Shown here piece after piece: positions 12,400 through 26,608 of a stretch of DNA of 64,000 nt (the first letter of the stretch is position 1; each line of letters begins with the position of its first letter). Position numbers and translations under genes: made by a program. The notes under the pieces were generated by a model, which searched no databases, was not told where the DNA came from, and saw only the letters and a list, made by a program, of their open reading frames with translations. Origin of the DNA: Marsupella aquatica (taxonomy: Eukaryota; Plantae; Marchantiophyta); contig OZ316894.1 of NCBI GenBank assembly GCA_973895155.1, positions 7,154,234-7,218,233 on the forward strand, given 5' to 3'.

Positions 12400-14450
12400 T
12401 CAGGAAGTTCCGGATACACAGTCTGAACCATGCCTGGTGGCTTGGCCTCTTATCTCCGCGTCTCATGGAAATCATCTCTCGTTTGCGGCGCCTTCGGGTG
12501 GGGTATAGTAGAGGGGCTATTCGGGTACAGTCTCCTCTCAATCCGGATGGGACCGAAGGGTGACTGCTTGTTGTAAACTCTAGCAGATCGTAAAGCACAT
12601 CGTCCTGTTGCCAGACAATCGTAATGCTGCCAACTTCAAAAAGCCTTTGACGGCCCTACGTACATTGCCTCAATGCTAACGAAGAGTAATGTTCCACACA
12701 ACAGATAATGCCGGAGTAAATATCAATCTAGGGACACATTTGGACAAGATGTGGGATCAAAGGAAATTAACATGCAATAAATATGAATGTCGGGACGAGG
12801 GAAACAAAGTTTGAGGGAGATCTACAGTAGCTAATCTCGGGGCTAAATATCGTTGGGCGGGGGAGGAACTATCAAATCGATAGGAAAGTAACAGCATATA
12901 TTCAAATGAAAAATCTGACTAATTTGTTCATCAAGCCTTCAGTCGAACATTTAGATTTTTTTCTCTTGTTTTGGTTTGTGACTGAAATCGGGCCAACAGC
13001 AATCGTATACTGTGGGCGGTATTCGCTTGCAAAGTTCAGATACGTACGGAGGATCGAAAGTCTGTCTTTCTTTACCTCATGGTGGTTTACAGCACACAAG
13101 AGCGGAATAAGGCACTTACATGGCCTCGGACGACTGTTGAACAAGGATACAAATAGTAGATTGTCGACCTCGCCAGCTACTTAGTCTCAATGACGGGCGA
13201 GGTACAATGTCAACAGGCATATCATTGCATGGGGGAGAGGCAAGATGCTCTACAGGTCCTAGTTGTAGCCTCGGTTAGTCGCCTTGATGGCTCGATGTCT
13301 CATCGTGCCCCTCACACAAGAGGCGAGGATCTACGTACTCGTTATACGGTAGACTCGAAGAAATCCCGAGTAGCAGTGGGAGGACTAACTGTACTAATGG
13401 TTGCCTTGTTACGTTCACATATCACTGTGAAGCCGACACCATTCTGGAGCTAGTGCATGTAGCTCTCCGCCAAAAGGGACCCATGGCGAACCATGAATTT
13501 GCTTTCGGTAGCTCAACCTAGGATCATTGTTTGATGAGTGCACATCAAGTAAGAGTTCAATGGAGTACACATGGTCAAGCCTGGATATGTTTTTTCTGCT
13601 TTTGTCTGCTGAAAGTCTGACCATTTGTAAATGAGTGCCCCCTTGAGCAAGAATCGTGGCAAGAATTACGTATCGATCCTTTCTTCATTAACACAATGCG
13701 ATCACAGTGGATGAAGTATCTAGAATCGAGTACACACTAAGCATAAATAAAATTCAATCATAAATTATTCACTCGTAATGTATGAATCATCATTTTGACA
13801 ATACGTTACTAGCTCGGCACAGAAAGCTGACATGCAGATCGACCGAGCCAAGCTAGATATAAAGTGCGCAAATTTACTCCACGCCACAGGGCACTGTAGT
13901 TCAGGGTTCTAGAGGCAATACATAACGCAACAAATTGGATAGAGTAGAAATTGAGGAACAAGAAATTGCTTGTCGGAATAAACATCATTCTGGACATTCC
14001 ATAGATACACTGTGATTGAAGAGGAAAGAGCGAACTAAACAGATTGAGCATTTTCCTTGTGTGCACGGCAAGTCGCCCGTGGTCTCCTGATCGAGCTTTG
14101 TGTTGTAGTTATCGCTCGTTTGGAGTGTATCCCAACGTGTGTTTGAGTTCATCGTCCACGGGTTTCCGCTGCAGTGAGAAACTGGCACCAGAAGACATTT
14201 GCGTCTCAACATCATTCGCTACAGGAAATATAAATAAAAGGGAGTCGCCCTTCAATTCGGTTTTGTGAATCAGATCAGAATTTCGAAAATTGAGGTGATC
14301 CAAGTTGAAGTAGATCTTCAATCCGATTCGGACCCACAGGACAAACAGATGTCCCCAAGAGAATTGAAAACAGCAATCCGAATCTGAATTAAGGGCTTTG
14401 AGAGACGATTGCATCCTCCGGGAGTGTCCGTGTCTGTGCCCGCCATGGCC
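12400..14450 (-). pseudogene. Possible degenerate multi-exon gene, unidentified
   Basis: ATG near 14446 and several exon-like blocks with ag/GT borders (e.g. ~14218, ~13130), but in-frame stops and no recognisable domain. Confidence 0.25.
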
Positions 14451-14665
14451 GTCTCGAAAGTTCTGTATATCTGAATAATCTGTTCAACCTAAACTCTAAT
14501 GACTCTAAAATCAGATAGTTACTCATAACTGGTTACCCAACTGTTGAATGTGTTGGCAGTTTTGAAACGATTCATCTAATCCATGTTAGTGGGCAGAGGA
14601 CCGGTGGTGTACTTAGGTAAACGAATCAAGATATTTCGCCATCAAACCTCAGCACAAGTATAATA

Positions 14666-14892
14666 GGGCGTGTCAAACCAAGCTTGTAAAAGCTTGTAAC
14701 TCAGTTACAAATCATGACATCAAAGCTTGTAACTCATGACATATAAGCTTGTAACTAGGTTACAAATCATGACATAATTTGCTTTTAAAGCCAAAGACAA
14801 TATCGCTAAGGATGACCAACATACATACCCCATAATTTTATGTCCAAATGTTCACAGTCATTCTCTGCTTACGGAAGAACTTTGACACTCCC
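14666..14892. mobile_element. MITE-like element, 227 bp
   Basis: TIR GGGCGTGTCAAA / TTTGACACTCCC (11/12); TAATA on both flanks; internal AAGCTTGTAACT repeats and TTGTAACTnAGTTACAA hairpins. Confidence 0.7.
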
Positions 14893-15881
14893 TAATATAC
14901 CGTAGCATATGGGTCTCACTGTTTTTTTGCACCCATGACAAGGTCTTTGTAAAATCCCTAGCACCCATTGCCTTCACACATCATCCGTTTTTCACCCAAG
15001 CGCAAACATTCCCCTCAACATGCATAATTGGGGTTTTTATAAGCATGCTCAATTGTGTTTTGGACAACACCAACGTACAACAACTGTTAGGCCTCAGAAT
15101 AGCAAAAAGTTGAAAATCACAAAAAACAAAGAACCAATGCTAATACAAAGTTTACAATTGGATTGGTTCATTTTTTGGATTATAACTAGTAATTTTATAC
15201 ATCTAATTCAGTTACTTATCAGTCAGGCATTAGATTTTATTGATAAATGCATTTGATAGTTGATGGATAAGAATCATAAGAAAAAGTGCATATTGTTGGC
15301 GTAGATACACAAATAAAATCAGATGTTCAGACATAAAAGCATTATTTAGCCGTGACTGTGCACTTTAAAAGTTAGACCTGTACGCTAATTAACTCGGTTA
15401 TTCTTTTCTTTTTGGGTTCTTCTGTTGTTGTTTCTGATTGTCGGGCATGATGTGAATGTACTAAGATGCTACAAAAAGAATATAGCCATACTTTTGTCTT
15501 CTCAACTCCATGTGGGTTGAATTTGTTGAGTTATAATTACGTCGTCAATCTTGCTTGGTAGCTACTTATGTCGGATATCAATAAATTGAACAAATTCATA
15601 GACTAAAAATGGATTCCATGAACTTTCTAATAACCTTCTGTCATCAAACCATTCAGGTCAGATAGAATGAAAGGAAAAGGAAATACCAAGGAAAAAGTAA
15701 CTAAGATTGGAGGAGGGCAAAAAATAAAGAAAATGGATACAAGGTCAAAGGGTGTCTGAGAAGTGAGCTAGGATAAAACAAATAGGGTTAATTGCAAGTT
15801 TAAGTTTAGTTGAGCTTTTGTAAGGGTGTCTGAGAAGGGAGGATAAATCAAAGAATCAAAAGGAACAAATTTTGCATACTT

Positions 15882-15966
15882 CTTTGTGAATCAGGAAGTA
15901 GTGTATCATTCAAATGCATGCACCTTTGTGAATCAAGAAGTAGTGTTATCATTCAAATGCATGCAC
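15882..15966. repeat. Tandem duplication, ~42 bp x2
   Basis: CTTTGTGAATCARGAAGTAGTGT(T)ATCATTCAAATGCATGCAC twice. Confidence 0.85.
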
Positions 15967-17584
15967 TTGTCTCAACCAGAAAGTATTGTCCCTCTCTCAC
16001 ATCTAAAAATGTGTGCAGGTTTTCAATAACTTTCTTATAATCATTCTTAACAGTAGTATTTCATAAACTAGTGAAATTAAAATATCTCTTCACATGAACT
16101 CTTATAATGATTGTTTCAATTCTCTTATATAATTCAAAATAGACATGTAATAGGATGAACATGCTATAATGGGGACTCTTTGGTAGGTTGTTTGGGCAAA
16201 TACTTCATAGAAATCCAAGGACAGGGACAGGCAATTGAAAATACAAAGGCAGGAACAATTCCTTCATTCTTCACGTGTCAAGGTATTATAAGGTTAGGGT
16301 ATCAGTTCTACTGGTTTGAGCACACTGTTATTGTTAAAGCTCATCTCACCTCCCAACCTTGAAATTAAAAATGATTGGTTTCCCCCCAAGTCCTAATGGG
16401 AAGGGATTCCTTTTCTATATTTTGTAAAAAAGTTGTACTGGCCGATGCCTACAAGGTCTAGGAAGGAAAATATGTGGGACCCACACCATATAAATAGTAT
16501 TAAAACTATTTAAAGCCCTCAATCTGTCCTAATTTTATTGACAGCAATGACATCTTCAAAGATCTGTAGAATCCAAATATTTATTAATATTTGTCCTTAA
16601 ATATTAAAATCCTAAACCTGATTGACCAAATATTATATAGAGTGATTTGAGAAATAGTTTTGTCATACAAACCCCTGGATACAAACTTCAGAATGTTTTG
16701 TTGTAAACTCTAACTGGGAAATGGCTAGATTATGTATTACATTAAAATTTAAAATGACAAGGGAATATGTGTCAGTTCCTTACAAGCATTAAAGTAACAT
16801 AAGTAGGGGGTCCACAAACTAGTTGGAGATACCCATATCAAATGGGATCAGTGTCAGTTAGATTTTCTACGATACCTTAAGCTTCACAATAAAGTGTCTG
16901 TAACTTATAACCCAATCAGGTAATGATGGTGTATACTTTAAAATACGTCCAAATAGCAGGCCAAACAATTACTTTCAAAAAAATCCGGTGACGGCAGTCA
17001 TGTATTTCAAAACATCAAAACTGAACAAGAAAGTACTTATAAATTGATCAACTGATGATAGTGAGAACTTAAAAACTCAAGCAATAATAGGAAATTAGCC
17101 AGGTGATAACATATGACATTATTGAATATAGTTGGCCCATGCTATTTTAACTTATTGATAATAAATTCTATTGTACCCTATTTAGAGTACTGATAAATTT
17201 AGTTTATGAAACAGAAGCTATTCCTTAGTATTCAAATGTATTGAAACAATGATTCTCAAAAAGCCATCCTAGTCATAAAGCACTAGTTAAGGGGAAACTA
17301 GATTGAGTCAGTAGGTTTTTACAGTAAAGCCTCTAGACCATGACTCTAGGGCCCACCAAAGTATATATATATAAAGATGATGTGCATAGATATGTATATT
17401 ATATATGACATGAATGAGAATATATGTGCATGTAAAGAAGCCGTGCATAGACATGTTGGTATAATATTATGTATGACATGATATTAATATTAGAATGGGA
17501 ATAGGTAATATATTTTGTTACAGTTTACTATACTCTTTTCTATTCACGTTCAAAGAACCTTTACTCACGTGTTTAAAGAACTCA

Positions 17585-19410
17585 TAGTCAGGGCTAGTAA
17601 AATAAAAATGCACATGTTTGAAGAGGAGAGGTGCAGTAGTTTCTGGGTAAATGAAAAATGGTTGAAGTGAGGAGAGGTACTGTAGTTTTTGGGTGACAGA
17701 CAAGCACACTAAATTAACTCGGACTAGAATACATAGTTGTGCCACTTTTACAGTGGTGGTCATTGAAAATTTGCAGGGCACAAAATTAAAAAATCTGGTG
17801 AAAGGTAAGTAATAAAGTCAGGGCTAGTAAAATAAAAATGCACATGTTTGAAGAGGACAGACAAGTACTCTAAATTAAGTCCTATAATACACAGAGTGGT
17901 GCGTCATTGAAATTTTTCTTTTCGGGCACAAAATTAAAAAATCTGGTCAAAGGTAATAAAGTCAGGGCTAGTAAAATAAAATTGCACATGTTTGCAGAGG
18001 AAAGGTGCAACAGTTTTTGTGTAAATGAATTAAAAATGCACAGATTTGAAGAGAGGAGAGGTGCTGTAGTTTTGGGGTGACAAACAAGTACACTAAATTA
18101 ACTCCTATAATACACAGCCACTTTTTACAGTGGTTGTCATTGAAATTTGCAGGGCAAAAAATTAAAAAAATCTGGTGAAAGGTAAGTAATAAAGTCAGGG
18201 CTAGTAAAATAAAAATGCACAGGTTTGAAGTGAGGAGAGGTACTGTAGGTTTTGGGTGACAGACAAGCACACTAAATTAACTCCTATAATACATAGTTGT
18301 GTCCCTTTTTACAGTGGTGGGCATTGAAAATTTGCAGGGCACAAAATTCAAAAATCTGGAGAAAGGTAAGTAATAAAGTCAGGGCTAGTAAAATAAAATT
18401 GCACATGTTTGAAGAGGAGAGGTGCCATAGTTTCTGGGTAAATGAATTAAAAATGTACAGGTTGGAAGTGAGGAGAGGTACTGTAGTTTTGGGGTGACAG
18501 ACAAGTACACTAAATTAACTCCTGTAATACACAGTAGTGCCAATTTTTACAGTGGTTGTCATTGAAATTTGCAGGACACAAAATAAAAAATCTGGTGAAA
18601 GGTTAGTAATAAAGTCAGGGCTAGTAAAATAAAAATGCACATGTTTGAAGAGGAGAGGTGCCGTAGTTTCTGGGTAAATGAATTAAAAATGCACAGGTTT
18701 GAAGTGAGGAGAGGTACTGTAGTTTTGGGGTGACAGACAAGTACACTAAATTAACTCGTGTAATACACAGTAGTGCCACTTTTACAGTGGTGGTCATTGA
18801 AAATTTGCAGGGCAAAAAATTAAAAAATCTGGTGAATGGCAAGTAATAAAGTCAGGGCTACTAAAAAAACAAATGCAAGCCATATGTTTGACGAGAACAG
18901 ACAAGTACACTAAATTAAGTCCTACAATACACAGACGCACCACTTTTCAGAGTGGTGCGTCAGTGAAATTTGGTGGGCAGAAAATTTAAAAATCTGGTCA
19001 AAGGTAAGTAATAAAGTCAGGGCTAGTAAAATAAACATTGCACATGTTTGAAGAGGAGAGGTGCAGTAGTTTCTGGGTAAATAAATTAAAAATGCACAGG
19101 TTTGAAGTGAGGAGAGGTACTGTAGTTTTGGGGTGAGAGACAAGGACACTAAACTCCTGTACTAATACATAGTTGTGCCACTTTTTACAGTGGTTGTCAT
19201 TGAAATTTGCAGGGCAAAAAATTAAAAAATCTGGTGAAAGGTAAGTAATAAAGTCAGGGCTAGTAAAATAAAAATGCACATGTTTGAAGAGGACAGACAA
19301 GTACACTAAATTAACTCCTATAATACACAGTTGCGCCACATTCTACAGTGATTGTCATTGAAATTTGCAGGGCACAAAATTAAAAAATCTGGTCAAAGGT
19401 AAATAATAAA
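17585..19410. repeat. Satellite array of 9 units: ~235-bp monomer plus 144-184-bp deletion variants
   Basis: GTCAGGGCTA anchors at 17587, 17817, 17961, 18194, 18378, 18614, 18851, 19016, 19253. Confidence 0.95.
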
Positions 19411-20675
19411 TCAAAAGTGTGAATTGAGTTGTGTGACTCACAAAGAGCTGCACCATTGTCCAAGAAAGGCAAGAATAATCACAAAAGACACCCAAAAAAA
19501 TTGAAAAATTTCAACACAATGCAAGAGGATCAGTGTACGCGCCGGGATGAAAGAGGATACTCCCTCCATGATCCATGGAAGGAAGTGTTGTATGTATTCA
19601 ATACAAGTACATGTATTATACATATTGAATATTGTGTGCAACACATTTTTGTATAATACTGGTAAGAGGAGTTTAATTGCTAATATATTTTAGTCACTAG
19701 AGTATTGCATACACTAAATAATCAATAAAAAAATGTTCTCCCAATATTTGTAGTGATTTTTAGTCATTTGCACTGTCATTTTCAATGCCAAAAAACAAAA
19801 GCAATAAGACCCAAAGACATAGTGAAGTGCTTGGCATGGGCGTTGATGGCAAGGTGTCGGGCAAGGGGCACACTCGCAATGTAGGGCAACCCCTCAAAGG
19901 GCTCCAGTCCCGCATGGGTGGGGGCAGGGGGGCGGACGGCCAAAGAGGCGTAATGGTGAATGACAAAAAGAGAGACCAAAAAATAGGGAAAAGGGAGGTT
20001 AAGGTTTAGAAGGAACAAAAGAGAAAAAATGTTTTAAAAAATGAGAAAAAAATTAGAAAGAAAGCACCCTCTGATTGTGTTATACTTTTGTGGTTGTCAT
20101 AGCGAGTCTTTTGTGTAGTGACATCTTTTATTCAAGAATTGTTTTGTGCAAGGAGAAAAAAGAAAAAAAAGAAAATGGAACTTTTGTGACTGCCATAACC
20201 AGTATTTTACACAACGATATCTTTCACTCAACAAAAGTTTTTGTGCAGTAATATACTTTAACAATTGTTTTTTATTCAACGATATCTTTTGCACCACGAT
20301 CTATTTCTTAACAACATCTTTTATGTAACGCACAGGAAATGAAAGGATGGCGACAAAATTGTCATCTTTGCAAAACCCTAAACCTGAAACCAATAATATA
20401 ACGTTGCACCAATTTATAGAGTGGTCGTCATTCAAATGCATGGGCATTTTTGGTTAAAAACAAAACAAAACAAGAAAAAGACAAGGACAAGGACAAGGAC
20501 AAAGGAATAGGACCAAAAAAACCATGCCGGCCCTTGGATGCATCCGTGACAACAACATCAAGCCGCGAAAACCCTGACTCTTAGTCGACTTGCTCCTTAG
20601 ACTCTCCTTGACTTTTTACTTCACAACATTTCACATAACGACAACTTTGGTGAATATAATTTACTCTAGCTAGAT

Positions 20676-22935
20676 TGTTGTCTGTTGCCAAAATTCAGAA
20701 TCAATAGTATGACTCCACACCAGGTTTCTAGCCTCCTGCACACTCAATCCCAAAAAATCCAAGATTGTACTCTGCAAAATGCCCAAGGAAATGTGTCACT
20801 TGTCTATCCAACGATTAATACGTGCAAACCGTACTTTTCTTTGCTTAAACCGTTGGTATCGTATTATGGGGTCGTGGAGGGACGCTATTTGGAGGATTTC
20901 CACACCTAAGGATGAGTATGTTTGATTCCGCTCCCGGAAGTGTACTTTTTTGATCAAGTCCAAGGGACTGGTCCTACCATCTACAACTCATGCCCACCGG
21001 GTGAGTGTTGTCACCACCCCCCTCTCATGGGCAAGCATACAAACATTTACAATAAGATTTGAACACTAGTGACAAGGGCAAATGTTTCCACAACGAAACC
21101 GACCACATGCACTAGGGGAGGAAACAAACAACACAAGCAACAACAAGTGACACACAAAATATTGGAACCTCAAGCCAAATCCAGATCTCTTGGTGTTTCC
21201 CGTAACACATGCAAGGACAACCCGACCTCCTACCGTCTGCCCAACTCCTGCCTCGGGGGGACAAGTGCTACGTTCTCCACCTCACTACTCTGGCTTGAAC
21301 TTCTCCTAATTGGTGCGCTACTCACAAAAGCTACTCAAAAGCATTAGAGCACTACGATGAGTTCCCCCCCCCCCTCACTACTCCGGGGCTCTCCCCTTAA
21401 ATACTGGAAACAAACACACCAAAGCACCCCTCACGGGGTCACAAAGATGGCGGCTACCCTAGCGGCACCGCTAAAACTCTTCATGAAGAAATCCCTAATC
21501 CTAAAGAATGCGGCAAACACATGCTCCTAAAAACCCTAATCTAACTATGGGACCGACGATGCCTTCGACGGCGCCCCCCAACATCGCTACGTAAACCGTG
21601 AAAACGCAAGGGACCCCACAATTGCCGAAACTAGGTGCCACTCTGATTTCACCCCTGAGCTCACCCTTGGGTAGCCCTGCTCCCCCTGATCATGAATCAC
21701 CAAACCGCTCCCAAAACGGACGCCGGACGACCAAGTTATGGTCGTTTTAGTTTCCTATACCGACCAACTTCGTCGGGCCCTAACTTACTCATCCTGGCTC
21801 CATTTGAGGAGCGCTGCCTCTTGTTAGAATCAGCTCCACGAGCTCTTTCCAACAAGCCCGTGAGTGCCCACTTCCGAAAAGTTTTCAAAGTCAAGAGATC
21901 ATACGACCAAGTCCGTACGGCTACCCTAGTCCTCCTCCTCACTCACGATGCTCTGGCTTGGGCCCCGTGAGTTGGTCTCCTCATCAGTCCTCCTTCTCCT
22001 CACTCACGGTGCCCTGGCTTGAGCTCCATGAGTTGGTCTCCTCATCGCTCTCTATTGGAGTGGATACCACTCCGCTAAACAATGGCTCACTTGAGTCCAC
22101 CACCTCCTATCCTATCTATCTACCCTACCAGCCTCAATCCTCCTTATCGCCACCACCGGTCCGTTGTAAAAGGAGGGGGCCCCTATAATTGTCGAAACTA
22201 AAATTTTCTCAAAATTCACTTCTGAAAACATATATGAGGAGCCCTCCTCTTCCTGATCATGGCTCCGTAAACGGTGCACAAAATGGAGATCAAACGACCA
22301 AGATATGATCGTTTAACTTTTCACGGGGCACCGTCTCCCTCCGTTTTGTCCGTACAACACCAGGGGGCTCCGGCTTTGCAAAACATAGATCACGGGTTCT
22401 TCTTATGTGCTGCTACCTCCTCCTTCCCTTGCAAAACCGGGACCTCCTGCCGTACGGCCTCAAAACCCCCGTATTCTCAAAAAACGCGATCTATTGTATC
22501 TCCCCCGTCTTAGCTCTGTTTCGGTCGTGTGACACATCTTTGGATTCAGCTCGGCAAGCTCTTTCCAACAAGCCTGTAGAATCCTGATTTTGAGATGGTC
22601 AAAAATCTGATGTTCGTACAACCAGGGTCCGTACACACGTTGAAAGCAAGCACAAGAGGGAAAGGGTTTAGGGTTTAGGTATGGGTAGAAACCCCACAAG
22701 TGAGAATAGAGAAAAAGGGAAGGAAGAAAGTGTGAGGGCCCCTTCTACGAATGTGTTCTTCTACGGAGTGCCTCTCTACGAAGTGGGGAAGGGAAAGAGA
22801 GCAAAAACCATGTGAGGACCACACAAAGGGTGAAGGGGAACACAATTGTGGGAACCCCTTCCTTCTAAGGGCCCTCCCACCATCACTACTCCAAGATTGC
22901 CTAGTTTGCCATTTTACGGGCGTTGAGGTCCCTCA
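20676..22935 (-). mobile_element. Probable solo LTR (~2.26 kb) of a Ty3-type element
   Basis: TG...CA ends with AGAT on both sides; non-coding; internal diverged duplication (~21640-21900 vs ~22210-22610, AGCTCTTTCCAACAAGCC); TATTTAA near 21400 on the minus strand; telo-box motifs. Confidence 0.5.
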
Positions 22936-23442
22936 AGATGTCACTGTTTGATATAGACCTAAAATCAACTAGAGAACCTCAGTTTTGCATGGGGCTCATT
23001 GAGGGCTTCAAATGAATCCAAACATGACCATGTTTGGAATAGTACTAGCGCAGCAACGTCTGTTTTAAGTTTCAACATCTTCTATATTTTGATCATTCTT
23101 CTTGTTTTGCGCCTTACGTGGAACCTCCGACCAGCCCCCACCCCTCCAATATGCCCACACCTTGGCTCCAAGTCCTTGGGCTGCCTTGTGGCCTCCTTGT
23201 ACCCCCTCAATGGTTCCCTTGTCATCCATCATCGCCCGACACCCCTCACAACTCCGGCCTCCGGTTATCGCATCCATTTATTAGAACTAACAAAAATAAA
23301 AAATTTGAAAATCTAAAAACTTTTACTACACCTACTTGTCTTTCTACTTATATATGTAATTATAAGTCATCACTAAGTTACTACCGGGTTTGGGGCCCTG
23401 TCACAAAATGCCTTGTTGTTAGGGAACTCTCGGGGGTCTCAC

Positions 23443-24780
23443 TATATGGATGCAACACACTTCACCATATCCACAATATCATTCTCCGAAAATGGGACCT
23501 CATCATTTTCAGAGCCAAGCGCATTGAATCCATACGGAATGTTTGCAATCGCAAGTGTGTAATTCATTTTCTCTACAAACTTATCCAGCGCCCTAACATC
23601 TCCACAATGCAATGTATATCTGATGAAATTTCCATCAGCATTTTTCCACCGATGGTCACTCGACTATGCTTCAAACGTTTCTATCCCACGATGACGGTTG
23701 TAGTTCTCAATCGCCTCTTGAACATAATTCTTAAACCCTAGGGGAATAACACTCGAAGTCAGCTCCTTTGAAGGCTTCTCAACCACATCGGCACCAATTG
23801 CTTCTTTGTTCATCTTCTTCGAAAAGGCTTTCAACTGCAAACACAAACTTGTTAAAAGAATCCGGACAAAAGAAAATGGGGAGCCTAAACCATTTGCGCA
23901 TTCAAACAACGTAATCATGTTGGAAAGTAATCGAATCTTCAGGATGAATGCGACATGGGATATGCGGTATCCAAATTTGCATTCAAACAAGCAAAACCCA
24001 CATCAAAACCTCCCCAATGTCAAAACTCCACAAGTGAATCCAAAATGGGATACCCCGTATGGACCCACTTCACATTCAAACCTCAAATACCTAAAGAAAA
24101 CCTCCACAATGTTCAAAAACCCAAAGTGAATCCGAGATGGGATACCCCGTATCCCACTCCACATTCAAACAACAAATCCAGTAAGAAAACCTCCCAACAA
24201 AGCAAAATATGATATTGAATCCAAGATGGGATACAGACTGTGTATCCCTCTCTGGATTCAAACAACAATTACCGTCAGAAAACCCATACCATATCCTATT
24301 AGTCGATCATTTGAGAAACAAATAGGAAATTCCAATCAATGGAGGTGGAGAACATACCACATTGAACAACTTCCCACTCCATCTTTCGAGCTTGGCAAAT
24401 TCTGTTTCCTTCAAAAACATTTGTTTGCACGTCGCCTAGTCTGGTTCCCTGACAACTGAACAAAAAGCTTGCTGATTTTAACAAGTTTATTGTAACTCTC
24501 GGCTTCTTTTGCCATCTGCTCAAGAGATATCATCCGGTCCTTCACTCAGAGAAGAAGTGACTCCAAAAATGGTCGTGTTCAATTCCCGAGATTGCTCTCC
24601 AAGGTGTCGGGGTAAGGCCCCCTACGAGCTTATTCAAAGATTTCAGAATTGGCTGCGCTTTTCCCTTTCCTTTCTTGAGTTTCTTGATTGGCGACTTTTG
24701 CTTATTCTGCCCTTTGATCTCCAACCTATTCCACATATCAAAGATCTGGTCTTGGAGTTCCCAGACCTTACCTGACCTAA
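23443..24780 (-). pseudogene. Fragment of an intron-containing gene with the N-terminal half of a beta-class N4/N6 DNA methyltransferase-like domain
   Basis: Reading through the TAG at 23664-23666 gives 'YTLHCGDVRALDKFVEKMNYTLAIANIPYGF', matching the GD...(D/N)PPY layout; upstream exon has 'SLEQMAKE', similar to 'SIEELAKD' at ~62260. Confidence 0.65.
23945..24290. repeat. ~90-bp tandem repeat x4, probably intronic in the MTase-like fragment
   Basis: ATGGGATACCCCGTAT...CATTCAAAC...AAAACCTCC...GAATCC recurring at ~23955, 24045, 24137, 24226. Confidence 0.85.
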
Positions 24781-26608
24781 AGGTAATTTGGAAGAGAGGT
24801 TCATGCTTCTTCAGGCTTATGCTCGGGGGGGGGGGTCACTATATGGAGGGCCATACATCGCGTGCAACGTTTTAGGGTTTGATCCCCATAACTTATAAGT
24901 GAAATTGTTTTTTTTACAAAACCCTTTCTTTCTTTCAATTTTGTCATTTTTTACTAAAAAACCCCTAAAAACTTTAAAGAAAGTATTTTTTACAATTAAA
25001 TAAGCCTATGTGTTCTTTACAGTCAACCAGTCAATAAAACATGCCCTATGTGTTCTTCCACCAAACTTTAGAAGTCTTCCGCCACACCCATTTAAATGGG
25101 CCTATACTTCATCGCACGTGACCCCCGAGGGCTTATGGCATCCCCTGGAAAAAACCCATCGAGACACACCTCCAAGGCACACGCTTCTCTGGTCTCCTTG
25201 GTTTTTGCCATCATCAGACATTTCACTAATTCTGGAAAATTCTCCCAAGAATGGAACATTGAAAAGTGTTTTTTGGAAATTTAGAGAAGGGGTTTTGGAA
25301 TTTTTAAAACGAGGTTTTGGAATATTTAGTTTAGAGTTTTGGAATTTTCAGATTAGAGTTTTGGAATGAACACTAAGGGCACCATTGAAATTGAAATTTG
25401 AGTTTGGCAATTGAGGTCACCCATATTTGAATACTGAATAGCAAACCTGCGATGAGGAGTCCCATTACAACTTTATTGGGGACTGGTTGGGGCAAGGTAT
25501 GGGCTTGGAAAGGAGCAGCCCCTTAAGACCATTTTGTGAAGAATTGAAAATAAGATACAAGCCCCAACTTCTCTAATCACCCGATAGACCATTCACACTG
25601 TTAAAAAAATATCAAGAGGAAGGCCTCTGGGTTAGAAGCTTGGCCCAAAGAGGGGGGCCTTCTAGAGCCCGAGGATCGGATAGCCGCCGGATGCAAGGAA
25701 TCTGAGTTGAGCTTAGCTCTATCAAGGAACTTGTAATCAAGTCTACTTAATTGCTCGGTGAACTCTGGGATGAATATCGCACAATTTGTAGAAATGAAGG
25801 AGTATCGCACAATTTATAGAAATGACTTCAATGACAAAGTCGTGGCCCTACCGAATGCACAATGTTGGATGAGCCGGACACTGCAACCTCTATGCGACAA
25901 GAGGTGACACAAAAGAACGAGATACATGGGAGCTGAACGTACCATGCAAGTGATTGACAACGTGCATACAATTTTGCAAAGGATGCAAAATTGTTTTTAT
26001 TCTTCACAAAAATAGTTGATGTTGGAAGAGGCATCCCTCAAACCAACGCCATCGATGCCAAAACTAAATGAAATCTATTTCAAAACCTCCGATACAAAAC
26101 TATATTCAAAATCTATTGGGAATATGACTCAACCACAACTACTCACGGTAGTTGGCACAAAGATATGGGTAAGACAGTCGTGGAGGAGTAGAAGGACCTC
26201 AACATTCTACACGAGATTGGCGCAGAAAGAGATTTGGGTAAAATAAATTATCTATGATCACACAGTTGGAAGAGACATTCCTCCAACCAAGGCCCTGGTT
26301 CCCAAAAACCATTCAGATAAGGAAATCTCCTTCACAAGCTTAAAGTAGATAAAAATGTGAGCATACGCAATCTAAATTTTCCGGCGCCCAATATCTATGC
26401 GAGACTCGCATTATCCTCAAAATGCTTCAAAAACTTAAGACTCTCCCAAATGACTTCAAAACTTAATCGCGCCAAGAAGATGGCATCCACTCATCCGAGT
26501 TTGGAGTGGATGCGCAAGAGTCAAGGAATGCTAGAGATACTATAGTGTGAACCTCGACAGATAGTGTCTGTGGTTAGCAACTTAATTCAACAGTGCCCAA
26601 TTGCTAGC

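Noticed and set aside
15000-17500. Exon-like fragments on the minus strand in AT-rich DNA
   Set aside because: Too many stops and no recognisable motif
17585-19410. CRISPR-like array (also 23945-24290 and 62607-62992)
   Set aside because: Whole units are homologous with no unique spacers, no cas genes, eukaryotic context
22663-22680. TTTAGGG telomere-type repeats
   Set aside because: About two units only; ordinary telo-box inside a repeat
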